A stretch of 64,000 bases of DNA, from assembly GCA_018813285.1 (NCBI GenBank), contig JAHJBY010000033.1:69157-133156 (forward strand). The letters run 5' to 3'. The position numbers and the translations under genes were made by a program. Positions 9,733-19,122 of this stretch are shown one piece after another (positions within the stretch are counted from its first letter, which is position 1; each line of letters starts with the position of its first letter). The notes beneath the pieces were generated by a model that worked only from the letters and a program-made list of their open reading frames with translations, was not told the origin of the DNA and did not search any database. This stretch comes from Candidatus Omnitrophota bacterium. Its GTDB lineage: Bacteria; Omnitrophota; Gorgyraeia; Tantalellales; Tantalellaceae.

Positions 9733-11184
9733 TCAATATCCCCTCTCCCGGAGCGCCCGTCCGGCAACCTCACGATCATCAAAATGAACCGTCCGATCCC
9801 CAATGATCTGGTAATCTTCATGCCCTTTACCGGCAATAATCACCGCGTCACCGGGCCCGGCCATCGCGACAGCCAAAAAAATAGCGTCACGTCGCAATTT
9901 TATTATACTATGGTTGCCCCTCGCAATCACTCCCTTTTCTATCTGTCGTAAGATCTCATCGGGGCTCTCGCTTCGTGGATTATCGCTTGTCAGTATCACG
10001 TGATCCGCGAACCTGGACGCAATTTCCCCCATTACCGGTCTTTTCGACCGATCACGATCGCCGCCGCATCCAAAAACACAGATAAGCCTGTTCCTCGTCA
10101 ATCCCCTCAAACATTTCAAGACATTTTCCAAAGCGTCGGGCGTATGCGCGTAATCAACAAAAACATCAAAAGCTCCGGAATGGTCTATCCTTTCAAAACG
10201 TCCGGGTACCGGAAAAAATGTTTCGATAGCCCGGGCGATAACCGTAATATCGATATCGGATGAAAGAAGCGCGGCCGCCGCGCCAAGAATGTTGTAAACA
10301 TTATGCTTCCCGGCCAAACGGGTCACAACATGGATCGCTCCGTAATTTTCCGTTACAATGTCGAATTCCGCGCCGTAAGATGACAATTTAATATCTTCCG
10401 CCCGGATATCCCGGCTGCGGCCTACTCCAAAAGTCACCACAGACAGGATCCCGGAAGATCTGAGAACATCGGCAGCCATAGGATCATCCGCGTTAATCAC
10501 GCCAAGGCCGCCGGGCTTAAGAATACCAAATATCCCGGATTTGGCTTTGAAATACGCTTCCATGTTTTTGTGATAATCGAGATGTTCCGGCGTTATATTG
10601 GTAAACACCGCACGGTCAAGCTCAAGCCCGGAAACCCTTCTCTGCGCCAATGCGTGTGAGGATATTTCGATCACGGCGGCATTTTTGCCGCCATCGAACA
10701 TCTTGGATAAAAGACTGTTGAGTTCCATAACACCCGGAGTGGTCATGGCCGAGCGAGATCTGATATCATCTGAAACGATCGTACACACCGTGCTTACCAG
10801 ACCGCTTCGGAACCCGGCAGTCTCCAAAATATGACGCATAAGAAAAGCCGTCGTGGTCTTACCATTTGTCCCGGTAATGCCATAGGTCCGCATTTTTGAG
10901 GACGGGTCACCGTAAATATTCTTCGCGATATCCCCAATGGCTTCGACTGTGTCGGGAACGACCGTAAATTTTGCGCAGGCAGCATGAACTCCGGCCGGAA
11001 TGTGTTCACACAGGACGGCCGCCGCGCCGTTCCGAACGGCTTCCCGGATAAACGCGTGTCCGTCACGCGATGTTCCCTTTACCGCGATAAAAACGTCGCC
11101 GGATGAGACTTTGCGCGAATCTATCCTGATCCGTCCGGGATCCGATGAAACCGGTTTAAGAAATTCTTTTACACCTTTAATCAT
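9733..11184 (-). CDS. murE: UDP-MurNAc-L-Ala-D-Glu--meso-DAP ligase
   Basis: GTNGKTTT, EISSH, DYAHTPDA and AGKGHE motifs; DNPR motif indicates mDAP specificity. Confidence 0.98.
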   Translation of the reverse strand: MIKGVKEFLKPVSSDPGRIRIDSRKVSSGDVFIAVKGTSRDGHAFIREAVRNGAAAVLCEHIPAGVHAACAKFTVVPDTVEAIGDIAKNIYGDPSSKMRTYGITGTNGKTTTAFLMRHILETAGFRSGLVSTVCTIVSDDIRSRSAMTTPGVMELNSLLSKMFDGGKNAAVIEISSHALAQRRVSGLELDRAVFTNITPEHLDYHKNMEAYFKAKSGIFGILKPGGLGVINADDPMAADVLRSSGILSVVTFGVGRSRDIRAEDIKLSSYGAEFDIVTENYGAIHVVTRLAGKHNVYNILGAAAALLSSDIDITVIARAIETFFPVPGRFERIDHSGAFDVFVDYAHTPDALENVLKCLRGLTRNRLICVFGCGGDRDRSKRPVMGEIASRFADHVILTSDNPRSESPDEILRQIEKGVIARGNHSIIKLRRDAIFLAVAMAGPGDAVIIAGKGHEDYQIIGDRTVHFDDREVAGRALRERGY

Positions 11185-12847
11185 TCGAATTTGACTCCAG
11201 ATATTCTAATGTTTTTTCCGCTATGTTCTTGAATGTCGGCCCGGCCACTGTTCCGCCAAAATGAGACGGATGTGGATCCCTCGCGGTGACAATCATGCTT
11301 ATCCGCGCGTCCTCCTTCGGCGCGAAGCCAATAAATGTAGCGTCATATTTGTTCTTGTAATAACCACCTTCCGAGTTTACCATCTGAGCGGTTCCCGTTT
11401 TACCGCACATGACATAGATCTTAGAGCGTGCGCGGCGGCCGGTCCCTGTCTCGACTACATCGGCAAGTATGGACCGCATTTCCCGGCATGTCTCATTTGT
11501 TAACACTCTTCTCCTTACGAGAGGATGATTGGAGCGGACAACACCGCCCTCCCAGGTTGTTACGCGATCAACAATATACGGTTTCATCAAGTTACCCCCG
11601 GCAGCTATTGCACTAACCGCGCATACAAGCTGAAGCGGCGTAACCGCTATTCCCTGTCCGATAGGTATGGTAGTCATATCGCTGGGCGTCCAGCCATCCG
11701 GAGAACGGTATATGCCCGGGACCTCCCCGGCGAGATCAATGCCGTTTATCTTTCCAAATCCAAATCTCTCGATATACTCGCAGAATTTCTTCTTCCCAAG
11801 TTTGCGCGCGATCTTCACGGTCCCTATATTGCTCGATTTAGATATGACCTTATCAAAGGTTAGTTCTCCATACGGGTGATAGTCGCTCAATATCCGCCCG
11901 CCAATAGAGTAGCTTCCGTTCTCGCAATCAAACTTTTCATCAAGTGAGCATATTCCCTCGTTCAGCGCGGCGCTCGCTGTAATGATCTTGAACACGCTGC
12001 CGGGTTCAAACACACTTGCTATGGCGGTATTTTTTTTTGCCGCGGCTCGGACGTTGGCGGAATCATTAAGATCATATCCGGGATAACTTGCCATCGCGAG
12101 GATCTTCCCGGTCGAGGGTTCCATCACTATTATCGACGCGCCTTTCGCTTTGAACTTTTTGACCATAGCATCAAGTTCTTTCTCAACGATATACTGGATC
12201 ACACTGTCGATGGTAAGCACCACGTTAAAACCATTCTGGGCCGGGACAGAGCTTTTTTCATCAAACAATATCGGTTTTAACCGGGCATCCCGGACAACAT
12301 ACCTGAGGCCGGGTTTACCCCGCAGTTTACTGTCATAAAAAAGCTCGATACCCTCAAGCCCCGCATTGTCGAGTCCGGCAAAACCAACAATGTGCGCCGC
12401 CATCGCGTCGTTAGGATAATAACGTTTGCTCTCATTGGTGAGATAAATACCGGGGAGTTCTAATCCCTTCACTTTCGCCGCGATGGGAGGAGCCACCCGT
12501 CGTTTTACCCACACAAATGCCTTATCACGTCTGAGGCGTTCTAACAGGACCTCTTCGTCAACATCAAGAGCGCGGGATAACTGATGAGCGGTATTTTCCT
12601 TATCGTCTATCGATCGGGGATTAGCGCAGATGCTCGGCGTATCCAAATTTATCGCCAAAGGCTCGCCGAATCTATCACAGATCATTCCACGGAGAGGCTC
12701 TATTCGGTAAACAGTGTTGTGTTGTTCTTCAGCCATCTCCTTGAATTTTTCGTGGTTGAAAATCTGTAAATACATTAGCCGAAAAAAAAGGGATAAAAAA
12801 ACCGCTGATAGAACAATAAAAACCGCGTATTGTCGTCGCCTGAACAT
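11177..12847 (-). CDS. ftsI: Class B penicillin-binding protein FtsI
   Basis: N-terminal TM, RG.I.DR dimerisation motif, SVFK / SSN / KTG catalytic motifs. Confidence 0.95.
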   Translation of the reverse strand: MFRRRQYAVFIVLSAVFLSLFFRLMYLQIFNHEKFKEMAEEQHNTVYRIEPLRGMICDRFGEPLAINLDTPSICANPRSIDDKENTAHQLSRALDVDEEVLLERLRRDKAFVWVKRRVAPPIAAKVKGLELPGIYLTNESKRYYPNDAMAAHIVGFAGLDNAGLEGIELFYDSKLRGKPGLRYVVRDARLKPILFDEKSSVPAQNGFNVVLTIDSVIQYIVEKELDAMVKKFKAKGASIIVMEPSTGKILAMASYPGYDLNDSANVRAAAKKNTAIASVFEPGSVFKIITASAALNEGICSLDEKFDCENGSYSIGGRILSDYHPYGELTFDKVISKSSNIGTVKIARKLGKKKFCEYIERFGFGKINGIDLAGEVPGIYRSPDGWTPSDMTTIPIGQGIAVTPLQLVCAVSAIAAGGNLMKPYIVDRVTTWEGGVVRSNHPLVRRRVLTNETCREMRSILADVVETGTGRRARSKIYVMCGKTGTAQMVNSEGGYYKNKYDATFIGFAPKEDARISMIVTARDPHPSHFGGTVAGPTFKNIAEKTLEYLESNSND

Positions 12848-12925
12848 ACTTCCTCATTGGTAAACAGGAACCGCGGATCCCCAGATGCTCTTCATGCCGG
12901 TTAAACCCCCGCGCCCGCATCCTCC

Positions 12926-13288
12926 CTACCTTCGTGATTTAGCTTCAGCTTTTTCGGTAAAAACATCCATTACCCGGCTGATGAAACCGTCCGCGTACTC
13001 TTCGTCCGCGTGGTCACGCCAAGATAACACATAGGACCCTCTCTGCTGCAAGCGCTGTCCGGCGAAAACGATCCGGCCGCTATCAAGCGAAGAGAGCAGG
13101 TTTTTGGAGGATTCCAGCTTGGAGAGATTATACATTAATTTGGAATTTTGGTCAACCAGGTGAGAAAGCTGTTTTCTGTTCTCCTCCCGGCCATACCCGG
13201 CTTTGATTATCTCGACGCGCTGGTGCACGTAACCAAAGGCAAGCGCACTGATAACAAAATATGTGAACAAACTCCTGTAAACCCTCAT
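12926..13288 (-). CDS. ftsL: FtsL-like cell division protein
   Basis: Single TM followed by a coiled coil; lies between rsmH and ftsI. Confidence 0.65.
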   Translation of the reverse strand: MRVYRSLFTYFVISALAFGYVHQRVEIIKAGYGREENRKQLSHLVDQNSKLMYNLSKLESSKNLLSSLDSGRIVFAGQRLQQRGSYVLSWRDHADEEYADGFISRVMDVFTEKAEAKSRR

Positions 13289-14172
13289 ATTTTCTTCTCC
13301 GCCACCCGCAATTTCGCGCTGCGTGATCGCGGGTTATTCCGGATCTCATCGAAGCCGGGGCCAAGAGGCTTTTTGGTCACGATATCAAGGTGCCCTTCCT
13401 TTTTTTTATCCCTAAAAATATTCTTTACGATCCGGTCTTCCAGCGAATGGAACGATATCACACAGATCCGCGCACCGGGACGCAGGTAATCGATCGCGCC
13501 CGCCGCGCCCTCACGGACGGCCGCAAGTTCGTCGTTCACAAATATTCGCAATGCCTGGAACGTCCTCGCCGCTAGGTGCAACCTTTGATGCCGATATTTG
13601 CTTCCCACCGCTTCGTCAACTATCTTCGCGAGCTCACCAGTTGTATTGATCGCGCCGGCTTTCCTCGCGGAACAGATCCGCCTCGCCACCAGCAACGCGT
13701 GTCTTTCCTCGCCAAAATCTTTTATGATCGTTCTTAACTCATCTTGGCTGTACGTGTTCACCACATCACGCGCCGATATCCCGCCGCGTGTATCAAACCG
13801 CATATCGAGCGGCCCATCTTTCAAAAAACTAAAGCCACGGCTACCGTCATCCAGATGATAAGACGAAACTCCCAGATCAAATAACGCTCCATCAATAGTG
13901 CTAATACCACGAACGCCTAAAATATCGCGGATGTTCCGAAAGTCATCATTGACGCACGTCAAAGAGCTATTAAGTTCCTTGAATTTGGCCATGATCCTCT
14001 CCATTGCTTCGGCGTCCCGATCAACAGCTATCAATTTTCCGCTTGGTCCGATCCGCTTTAATATCTCTCCGGCATGCCCTCCCCCACCGGCTGTGGCATC
14101 AAAAATAACATCCCCGGGTTCCGGCCGCAGGTGTAACAGAACTTCTTCAAATAATACCGGGAGATGCGCCAT
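13285..14172 (-). CDS. rsmH: 16S rRNA m4C1402 methyltransferase
   Basis: HLPVL, DATAGGGGH, DLGVSS, GPLDMR, FHSLEDR and NPRSRSAKLR motifs. Confidence 0.98.
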   Translation of the reverse strand: MAHLPVLFEEVLLHLRPEPGDVIFDATAGGGGHAGEILKRIGPSGKLIAVDRDAEAMERIMAKFKELNSSLTCVNDDFRNIRDILGVRGISTIDGALFDLGVSSYHLDDGSRGFSFLKDGPLDMRFDTRGGISARDVVNTYSQDELRTIIKDFGEERHALLVARRICSARKAGAINTTGELAKIVDEAVGSKYRHQRLHLAARTFQALRIFVNDELAAVREGAAGAIDYLRPGARICVISFHSLEDRIVKNIFRDKKKEGHLDIVTKKPLGPGFDEIRNNPRSRSAKLRVAEKKI

Positions 14173-14176
14173 TTTT

Positions 14177-14371
14177 TTAAGAACAATTTTTGATGCGATA
14201 CTGTTTCTTTTCTTCTTCACCCACCGATGCCAACACATACCGCTCTACACCAAGACGCGAGATCCCGGCCGGCAAAGCCCTTGCCTTTCTCACGCGCTCC
14301 ACCATGTTCACGCAATTTATGAATTCCACTTGCTTCTTATTAAATTTAACAGCGCATCGTCTATACATCAT
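14177..14371 (-). CDS. Small hypothetical protein (about 64 aa) inside the dcw operon
   Basis: RBS GGAGGG before ATG 14371; fills the mraZ-rsmH gap almost exactly. Confidence 0.5.
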   Translation of the reverse strand: MMYRRCAVKFNKKQVEFINCVNMVERVRKARALPAGISRLGVERYVLASVGEEEKKQYRIKNCS

Positions 14372-14381
14372 TATCCCTCCC

Positions 14382-14822
14382 TTACTCAAGATCCATTAAA
14401 TTTTCCGCTATCTCCTCGTATTTTTCTCTGGACGCGCCGTAGAACTTCTCCCACTTGCCGATATCCCATATTTCAATACGGTCAGCTACACCCAGTATTT
14501 TTATGTCACGTGTAAGATCCGCGTATTCCTTAAGATAATCCGGGATGAGGATCCTCCACTGTCTGTCGGGCTCTACTTCTTGAGCGCCGCCAAAAAATTG
14601 ACGCGTAAATTTTCTTACTTCACTCTTCGTGAACGGCATCGCTTTGAACTTCTGTTCCTGGATCTTCCATTGACTTTCCGGGAACATGAAAAGACATTTA
14701 TCCAAACCTCGTGTGACATACAGCTTCTCTATGCCCTTTTCCCGCAGGGTTTCGCGGAATTTTGAGGGTATGATAACTCGATTCTTCCTATCTATCGTAT
14801 GTGAGTATTCGCCGTAAAACAC
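14382..14822 (-). CDS. mraZ: Transcriptional regulator MraZ
   Basis: FYGEYSHTIDRKNRVIIP, TRGLDKCL, DRQWRILIP and DRIEIW motifs; GTG start. Confidence 0.97.
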   Translation of the reverse strand: MFYGEYSHTIDRKNRVIIPSKFRETLREKGIEKLYVTRGLDKCLFMFPESQWKIQEQKFKAMPFTKSEVRKFTRQFFGGAQEVEPDRQWRILIPDYLKEYADLTRDIKILGVADRIEIWDIGKWEKFYGASREKYEEIAENLMDLE

Positions 14823-14850
14823 TCCACTTTCCTCCATTTTAAACCACTTT
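14821..14850 (-). promoter_or_regulatory. MraZ-binding direct repeats
   Basis: AAAGTGGTTT AAAATGGAGG AAAGTGGAGT: three GTGG/ATGG cores at 10-bp spacing between promoter and start codon. Confidence 0.75.
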
Positions 14851-14855
14851 AGCAA

Positions 14856-14884
14856 AGTATACCCGCTAAATACCGCTTTGTCAA
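14856..14884 (-). promoter_or_regulatory. Sigma70-type promoter of the dcw operon
   Basis: TTGACA-17 nt-TATACT. Confidence 0.8.
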
Positions 14885-15071
14885 TGATTATGCTGGATCA
14901 GGACTCCCGCAAAAAGAGGCAAGAGGCGAGAAGTGATGAGTGGATGTGTACCGCAAGACGCGAAACGACGTCTCGTCCCGCGTTACGCGTTGACTTTCGC
15001 CCTTTGTTTGTGAATGGTGAATCGTGTGGGTGGTGGATGGTGAACGCAATAAGCGGAACGCCCAACGCGGA

Positions 15072-16319
15072 CTAAAACACGTAACTTATACCTATCCCGA
15101 CGACTTCGGCGGCGGCGGTGACTTTTGTACCCTGGCCGACTCTACTGTACAAATCACCTGCGCCACTGTCTGCCATGGCATTGAAGAAATGATGCTCCCA
15201 CGTTAGATCCACTCCCCAATTGTCGTCGATCTGGTAAGCGAGGCCCGCCGTAAGGTGATGTTCCATAATAACGCCTAAAAGCGCGTTGGCAAAAATCACT
15301 TTTTCACGAATCGGTGATTTCCCGTAATTATATCCTAAACGCAATTTCCATTTATCGTTTGGGGTGTATTCGGAACCCGCCGAAAAAACCCATTGATCTT
15401 GCCATCCGAACCCTCCCTGCTGCGGGCCGCGGTAACAAGCCTTTGTTCCCTCCCAATTGATCCACCTGGTATCATAAGTGATCTCAAGCTTTTTTATCGG
15501 TTTAAATGAAAACCCAATGGAAGCGCTGCGCGGCGCGTCAATAAGATGGAAAGACTCCTTGTACTTGTTGAAATGTGACATAAATGTTTTACTCTCGTAA
15601 GCCGCTCCGATAGAGATCATATCGTTAAACGTATAGAGTATCCCCGCTGTGAATCCGCCGCCAACAGCCATATCGATCTTTTTATGGCCCGCGGTTTCAG
15701 GATATGTTCCATTAGAAGCAGCAAATGCCATGTCTGTGCTCAACGACGAAAGCCCGATATTCGCCGCTAATCCTATGGAAAAATTATCGGTTATACCCAC
15801 AGCGATCGCGGGTGTCATCCTCGACTGAGTGAGATATATGAACCGGTCGTATTGTCCGACTCCCAACGCAGGGTTTAACCGCGGCTCCGCATATGATCCC
15901 GCAACTCCTGCCAAAGTAAAAAAACCACAACCGACAGCCACCGGATAGTCACCAATACCGGACGTCTGATAACTCAAGCCGGAATCCATACCGGGTAAAT
16001 AGTTAATCTTGCTCTTCTGTCTTTTTCCGGCGTTAGACAGGGCCCCTTCAGTATGCATGGAAACATCATGAGGCAGTAAATTAAGGTATTCCATGTCGAG
16101 GCGGTTCCCTATCCGCACAAGCCCGGCCGGGTTCTTTATCATACATGAAGTATCCGCCGCGGACGCCGTGGTCGCGCCGGCCATGGCGCCGTCACGCGCG
16201 CTGAAACCGAGCATCCGGGTGCCGTTAAGCGCCACAGCGTTTTCCGGGAACATAAATCCCAAAGCTACCGCCACAATAACGAAAAAGATCGCGCATCTAA
16301 CAATTGTGCGTGTTTTCAT
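15072..16319 (-). CDS. FadL/OmpP1/TodX-family outer-membrane hydrophobic-compound transporter
   Basis: Signal peptide, GAMAGA..A..NPAGL hatch motif, LRLGYNY beta strands, C-terminal Phe (ISYVF). Confidence 0.85.
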   Translation of the reverse strand: MKTRTIVRCAIFFVIVAVALGFMFPENAVALNGTRMLGFSARDGAMAGATTASAADTSCMIKNPAGLVRIGNRLDMEYLNLLPHDVSMHTEGALSNAGKRQKSKINYLPGMDSGLSYQTSGIGDYPVAVGCGFFTLAGVAGSYAEPRLNPALGVGQYDRFIYLTQSRMTPAIAVGITDNFSIGLAANIGLSSLSTDMAFAASNGTYPETAGHKKIDMAVGGGFTAGILYTFNDMISIGAAYESKTFMSHFNKYKESFHLIDAPRSASIGFSFKPIKKLEITYDTRWINWEGTKACYRGPQQGGFGWQDQWVFSAGSEYTPNDKWKLRLGYNYGKSPIREKVIFANALLGVIMEHHLTAGLAYQIDDNWGVDLTWEHHFFNAMADSGAGDLYSRVGQGTKVTAAAEVVGIGISYVF

Positions 16320-16580
16320 AGTGGTTACTCCTTTTTTTAAAAACACTATAATTATCAGTACAAAGTATAGTGCTGAAAATTTGAAAAGCAAACAAAAAAA
16401 TATATTCTCTTCCTGCCATCACGCAATATTCCTATTATTGTTTGATGGTACTCCGAATTTTGATCCGTAAAATATCGCGGAGATTTTACGGATGGTTCCT
16501 GCCAAAATTTGAAGTTATTCAAAATTTTGACTGCTTCTACAACCGTGTTATTTGTATCCTTTTTGTTTTGCTAACTGAAT

Positions 16581-16609
16581 TTGATTTTTCACAAAAAATG
16601 TTGTATAAT
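16581..16609 (+). promoter_or_regulatory. Sigma70-type promoter of the XRE regulator
   Basis: TTGATT-17 nt-TATAAT, followed by RBS AGGAGG. Confidence 0.65.
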
Positions 16610-16630
16610 ATCTGTCATCAAGGAGGAGAC

Positions 16631-17179
16631 ATGATGAAGATCGGGGAAAAACTTCACAATATCAGAAAAGAAAAAAACATGACGCTGGAAGATCTATCAA
16701 AGAAAAGCGGTGTCGCTCTCGCGACGTTGAGCCGCATGGAAAACAACAGGATGATCGGAACACTGGACGCGCATAACCGAATATGCAAAGCGCTTTCCGC
16801 CTCTCTTGCCGATCTGTACCGCGAGATCGAAGACGCGTCCAAAACGGTGGAAACCGTTTCCGAGGTCGCGCGCATAGATCATTTTGTCCATTCAAAAAAA
16901 GTGAAGTATGAACTTCTCGTCGCGAAGACACCGGATAAAAAGATCCTCCCGTTAATGATAAAGCTGGCCGGAGGCGGCAAAACGCGTGAAGAACGAAATA
17001 AGACCGGGACGGAAAAATTTCTATACGTAATGACCGGTTCTGTAAACGCGGTCATCGGACATAAGCAGTATTCTCTGTGCCAGGGAGACTCACTTTATTT
17101 CGACGCGTCCCTATCCCATGTATTCCATAACAGGATGAAATCCGACGCTAAAGTGATATGCATCATTTCACCGGCGTAA
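16631..17179 (+). CDS. XRE-family HTH regulator with C-terminal cupin (PuuR-like)
   Basis: IGEKLHNIRKEKNMTLEDLSKKSGVALATLSRMEN HTH; EKFLYVMTG..GDSLYFDASLSHVF cupin. Confidence 0.9.
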   Translation: MMKIGEKLHNIRKEKNMTLEDLSKKSGVALATLSRMENNRMIGTLDAHNRICKALSASLADLYREIEDASKTVETVSEVARIDHFVHSKKVKYELLVAKTPDKKILPLMIKLAGGGKTREERNKTGTEKFLYVMTGSVNAVIGHKQYSLCQGDSLYFDASLSHVFHNRMKSDAKVICIISPA

Positions 17180-17185
17180 GCCTCG

Positions 17186-18511
17186 CTAACCGGATCGGCT
17201 CTTTATCCTGCCTTTCCTGTGCGCCAGGAGAAAAGCACTGACTATTATAGAGTCGAACTGGGTCCCGGAGTTGTCCTTTATCATCTGCACGGCGACTTCG
17301 TCTATTTTTCTCTGTCTGTAGGGCCTGTCGCTTGTAATAGCGTCAAACGTATCCGCTACAAAGATTATACGCGCGACGAACGGTATATCATCGCCCTTTA
17401 AACCATCGGGATATCCGGCACCGTCGTATCTTTCGTGATGCGCCCGAACCTCCATCGCAATGTCACCTAACTCCCGGATCGGATTTAATATCGTAGCGCC
17501 GGTAACGCTATGTTCCTTGATCTTTTCGTATTCCTCACGTGTAAGCTGGCTTGTCTTATTCAGTATGGCATCCGGTACGCCGATCTTGCCGACGTCATGG
17601 AGAAGCGCCGCAATATGCAGGGTCTCCTTGAAATTCGGATACTCTTTCGCTTCCGGGAGTTCCTCGATCTCGTTCGCTATCGCAAGGGCGTACTGCGTAA
17701 CTCGTTCGGTATGCCCGTGTGTGTACTGATCTCTGGCATCGATGGCCGCCGCCAGAGAAATAGCGGTGTGAATGAACATCCTGTGTTCTCTCTCGTAAAG
17801 AACATGGACTTCACGGATCTTATCCTGAAGATCCTGAATAAGTTGAGTGTTGGAAAGCGCCATTGCCACGTCATTCGCAAGTGTGGTAAAAAAACTGATC
17901 TCCTGCCGCGAGAACTTTTTCTTTGAAAGTTTTTCTCCGAAAATAAAAACACCAAGCAGGTCCCGTTTGTAATAGACCGGAACGGCCACATCCCCTTTTA
18001 ACAGCTTCATCTGTTCCGCAACTTGCGGAAGCAAATCGAATGCTGTGTCATTTACGTTTTTTTTCTCGTATTTTTTCGCGATGTTAACAATGTCCGCGTG
18101 AACGATCGCTCCTGAATCCGAGATCTTATAGTTCAGCCTTTCGTGAAAAAGCCGCACCAAAGCGTTGTTCAGGGTCAGCTTAATAAACCCTACCGGGATC
18201 TTACATCCCTCGGATCCCTTACTATCAATGAGGTGATAATAACCTTTACCCTCAGAATATATCAACATGGCAATATGCGTGGTCCTCACCTGTTCATCGA
18301 TGAGCTTGACTATCATCTTTATCAGATGCTCAGGCTTCTTGAACCGTATCATGCTACGAGAAGCTTCTTCAAGAAAAACCTGGTAATCCAGTTCCGCTTC
18401 CTGCCGGTGGGCTTGCAGTTGGTTAGACATTTCCATACCGCCGCCCGGGGCGGCCTTCACCTTGTTAGCCATCCATTCCTCTATTTTCTGCCATTCACTT
18501 TTATAGCTCAT
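17186..18511 (-). CDS. GAF + HD-GYP phosphodiesterase (cyclic dinucleotide)
   Basis: RDQYTHGHTERV, LLHDVGK, HHERYDGAGYP and RPYR motifs; N-terminal GAF. Confidence 0.92.
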   Translation of the reverse strand: MSYKSEWQKIEEWMANKVKAAPGGGMEMSNQLQAHRQEAELDYQVFLEEASRSMIRFKKPEHLIKMIVKLIDEQVRTTHIAMLIYSEGKGYYHLIDSKGSEGCKIPVGFIKLTLNNALVRLFHERLNYKISDSGAIVHADIVNIAKKYEKKNVNDTAFDLLPQVAEQMKLLKGDVAVPVYYKRDLLGVFIFGEKLSKKKFSRQEISFFTTLANDVAMALSNTQLIQDLQDKIREVHVLYEREHRMFIHTAISLAAAIDARDQYTHGHTERVTQYALAIANEIEELPEAKEYPNFKETLHIAALLHDVGKIGVPDAILNKTSQLTREEYEKIKEHSVTGATILNPIRELGDIAMEVRAHHERYDGAGYPDGLKGDDIPFVARIIFVADTFDAITSDRPYRQRKIDEVAVQMIKDNSGTQFDSIIVSAFLLAHRKGRIKSRSG

Positions 18512-18526
18512 ATCCGTTCCTTTTTT

Positions 18527-18901
18527 TTATGAAGATAGGCTGTGCTCCCCTGCCAGTTTCAGAACAATTTTCGCCAGCTGGCCCAGTACAAGCGGTTTCG
18601 TGATATACTCCGCGACACCGTAGGATCGGGCCTCGTCGATCTTGCCCATATCTTCCACCGCTGTGACCATGACCACTTTGCCCTGATAACACCGCTTTTT
18701 GAGCTCTTTCAAAGTCTCCATTCCATCCATAACCGGCATTTTTAGATCAAGAAGTATGATATCCGGGTTCTGCATCTCAGCAAGCACCAACGCTTCCCGT
18801 CCATTATTAGCTGTGACGACATCAAAATTCCGTTCTTTAAAAAAACTTTGCACAAAATCACAGATCTCGGTCTCATCATCCACAATCATTATCTTTATCA
18901 T
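18527..18901 (-). CDS. Stand-alone response regulator receiver
   Basis: IVDDE, LLDLKMP (phosphoacceptor Asp), VTA and YITKP motifs. Confidence 0.93.
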   Translation of the reverse strand: MIKIMIVDDETEICDFVQSFFKERNFDVVTANNGREALVLAEMQNPDIILLDLKMPVMDGMETLKELKKRCYQGKVVMVTAVEDMGKIDEARSYGVAEYITKPLVLGQLAKIVLKLAGEHSLSS

Positions 18902-19110
18902 CCTACGATGTCCTCCTCGACGCTATTGTCCGCTTTTTCAACAAGCTTTTCCAGCTCTTTCAAGCTCGCGACAGACTTTTCAACATAAGCATATGCCCCT
19001 TCATCCAGAAGTCGTGCTTTTGTCTCCCCCGAATCTTTAAAAGCCGTCACGATTATTACGTTGGACGCCTCATCGTCTATCGCCAGGATCTTGATCTTAT
19101 CTCTCCTCAT
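18898..19110 (-). pseudogene. Receiver domain with in-frame internal deletion (70 aa)
   Basis: beta1 ILAIDDE is joined directly to beta4 VIIVTA; the phosphoacceptor strand is absent. Confidence 0.65.
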
Positions 19111-19122
19111 AATGTTTTTCCT

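Noticed and set aside
14173-14238. Longer N-termini given by the ORF track for rsmH (likewise murG, ribE, ribD, uppP, pgpA, ribF, groES, SRPBCC and XRE)
   Set aside because: The extensions overlap upstream genes or lack an RBS; downstream starts match family N-termini.
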